64,000 nucleotides of DNA from positions 69,442,001 through 69,506,000 of the forward strand of contig NC_058368.1 in assembly GCF_018350175.1 (NCBI RefSeq), written 5' to 3'. Shown here one piece after another: positions 62,488 to 64,000 of the stretch (position 1 is the first letter of the stretch; each line of letters opens with the position of its first letter). The notes below the pieces were generated by a model, which saw only the letters and a program-made list of their open reading frames with translations, did no database searches and was not told where the DNA came from. Source of the DNA: Felis catus (taxonomy: Eukaryota). A program made the translations under genes and the position numbers.

Positions 62488-62705
62488 ATTTTTTTTTTTT
62501 TACATTTACTTATTTTTGAGAGACAGAGAGAGATAGAGTGTGAGCAGGGGCGGGGCAGAGAGGGAGGGAGACACAGAATCCGAAGCAGGCTCCAGGCTCC
62601 GAGCTGTCAGCACAGAGCCCGACGCAGGGCTTGAACCCACAAACTGTGAGATCATGACCTAAGCCAAAGTCGGATGCTTAACCGACTGAGCCACCCAGGC
62701 ACCCC
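62488..62705 (-). mobile_element. Can-SINE within a probable L2 remnant
   Basis: TSD GAGTTGAAAACATTCT. Confidence 0.92.
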
Positions 62706-64000
62706 AGAGTTGAAAACATTCTGATCTGGGCAGTCAGATGGATTACCTCGTGGAGCTGGAGATTGTATTAGCAAAAGCCATTTGGCTGTTGAACTAATCT
62801 AGCTGAAAGGTCTAATGGGGAAACGGAAAGTTAGTTCTCTTATTTCCATTTTCCTCTTGCTGAGGTAATGTCCATGACCAGAGTTTTGTTCAGTTTCGTC
62901 TGTCGCCTTTTTACTTTTATTTACATTGTTCTATTAAATATGACATATTAGTCTATACACTGAACATTCTTTCATTGAGATGATTAGTTGTGACTTGAGA
63001 AAAGTCAAATAAAAATCCTGAGGGGAAAAAGTGTGCAAATGTGCTATTTCAAGCTGTGAGGGCAAATCTTCTCCAGGCTCCAAAGTTCCTCCCAGTGGGT
63101 GCAGTGTGTGTTCTACTGAACACGAGTTGGCAGGATTACCAAACTTGAACTTGGCCGTTGGTCATCCTTCAGGGTGTGGGCTCTTCTGGCGAGGCTGACC
63201 TTTCATGTTTCGGCAGCACCCAGGAGGGGTCTGCAGCAGTTCCTGTAAGAACGAAGCGTCATCAATGTTTGTTGAGTGAATGGAGTTTCAAGAATGAACA
63301 GCAAGGACAGTACCTTAAAGGTTTATAGTAATGTCCTGGTGCCTTGAGTACTCCCTAGACTGTCCAAGTTTACCTGGGGGCCCGATGTGGGCCTCCCTGT
63401 GGCCATGAGGAAAGAGAGGGCTGAGCTGGCCACAGTTAATGCCCTTTGAAGGTCCTCCTTTCCTAGAGATGAGTTCCCTAGTCTTCTTCCTTCAAAGTGG
63501 TGTGCGGTCTTAAACAGGAGGTCTCGTCCTGGATATCCAAAATACACAAGTGGGCCGGGACTGATTTCTTTAATTGGTGTTGATTTTACACGTGGTGGGG
63601 AAAAGTGTTGGCCTCTCGCACCAGGGTGTTTTTGAGGTCGAAACTCCAGGTTGGCTGTAAAATGATATGGCCCATGGACGTTTGCCAGCCTTGTTGGGGT
63701 CAGACTACCACCGGCTTCCCAGCATTGTGCAACACTCCCCTCCCCACCCCCCACCTGGGGCGGTAGAGAGCACTTCTACCTGTTGTGTGATGCAGGGCCA
63801 CTTACCGTTGTGTTCCCAGGGAGTGACCATACTTGGTGGTCTGCTGGATGCTGGCTGATGGAGGCGTGCTCATTACCTGGGGGAAGACTTAGGTGATAGG
63901 GTGGCCAAGTGCATGAACTCATGCCGTCTGAAGGGTTTGAAGTAGATTGGCAGCCAAGGCAGGCTTCTTAAGGTTATGATTGTCAGGAAAATGAGTATTT

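Larger units (their letters stand above)
24907..64000 (+). other. FARP1: Intron 1 (partial) of the putative FARP1 gene
   Basis: Starts at the GT donor; no exon encoding the expected N-terminus (MGEIEQRP...) seen; L1s and SINEs are mostly antisense. Confidence 0.65.

Noticed and set aside
51817..63754. Intronic ORFs of 118-172 aa (e.g. 51817-52263, 58387-58905, 63323-63754) as coding exons or retrogenes
   Set aside because: No recognisable homology, several overlap repeats, and none resembles FERM, DH or PH domains

Overview
Mammalian, very probably felid (cat-family), genomic DNA. The evidence is roughly 50 tRNA-derived Can-SINEs of feliform type and a carnivore L1. No protein-coding exon is recognisable, and the supplied ORFs are repeat-derived or GC-rich chance ORFs. 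The centre of the window is a CpG island (~23.4-25.4 kb) holding the promoter and non-coding first exon of a + strand gene, with a splice donor at 24906/24907. From recall of the human 5'UTR, the gene is most likely FARP1; this is not database-verified. About 24 kb of upstream intergenic DNA lies to the left and about 39 kb of intron 1 to the right, with the coding exon 2 apparently beyond the window. The rest is SINE, L1, L2, MIR, CR1, MaLR LTR and DNA-transposon remnants plus microsatellites. I found no convincing new biological system. The most notable observations are two 23-codon uORFs joined by a TGATG stop-start overlap in exon 1, an L1 with a 5' inversion typical of twin priming, a SINE flanked by poly(A) on both sides, a SINE with a putative Pol III read-through tag, repeated same-site inverted SINE insertions, and a 65-bp direct repeat 2.2 kb apart in otherwise unique DNA. 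Repeat family names come from recalled consensus sequences, and boundaries of old elements are approximate.
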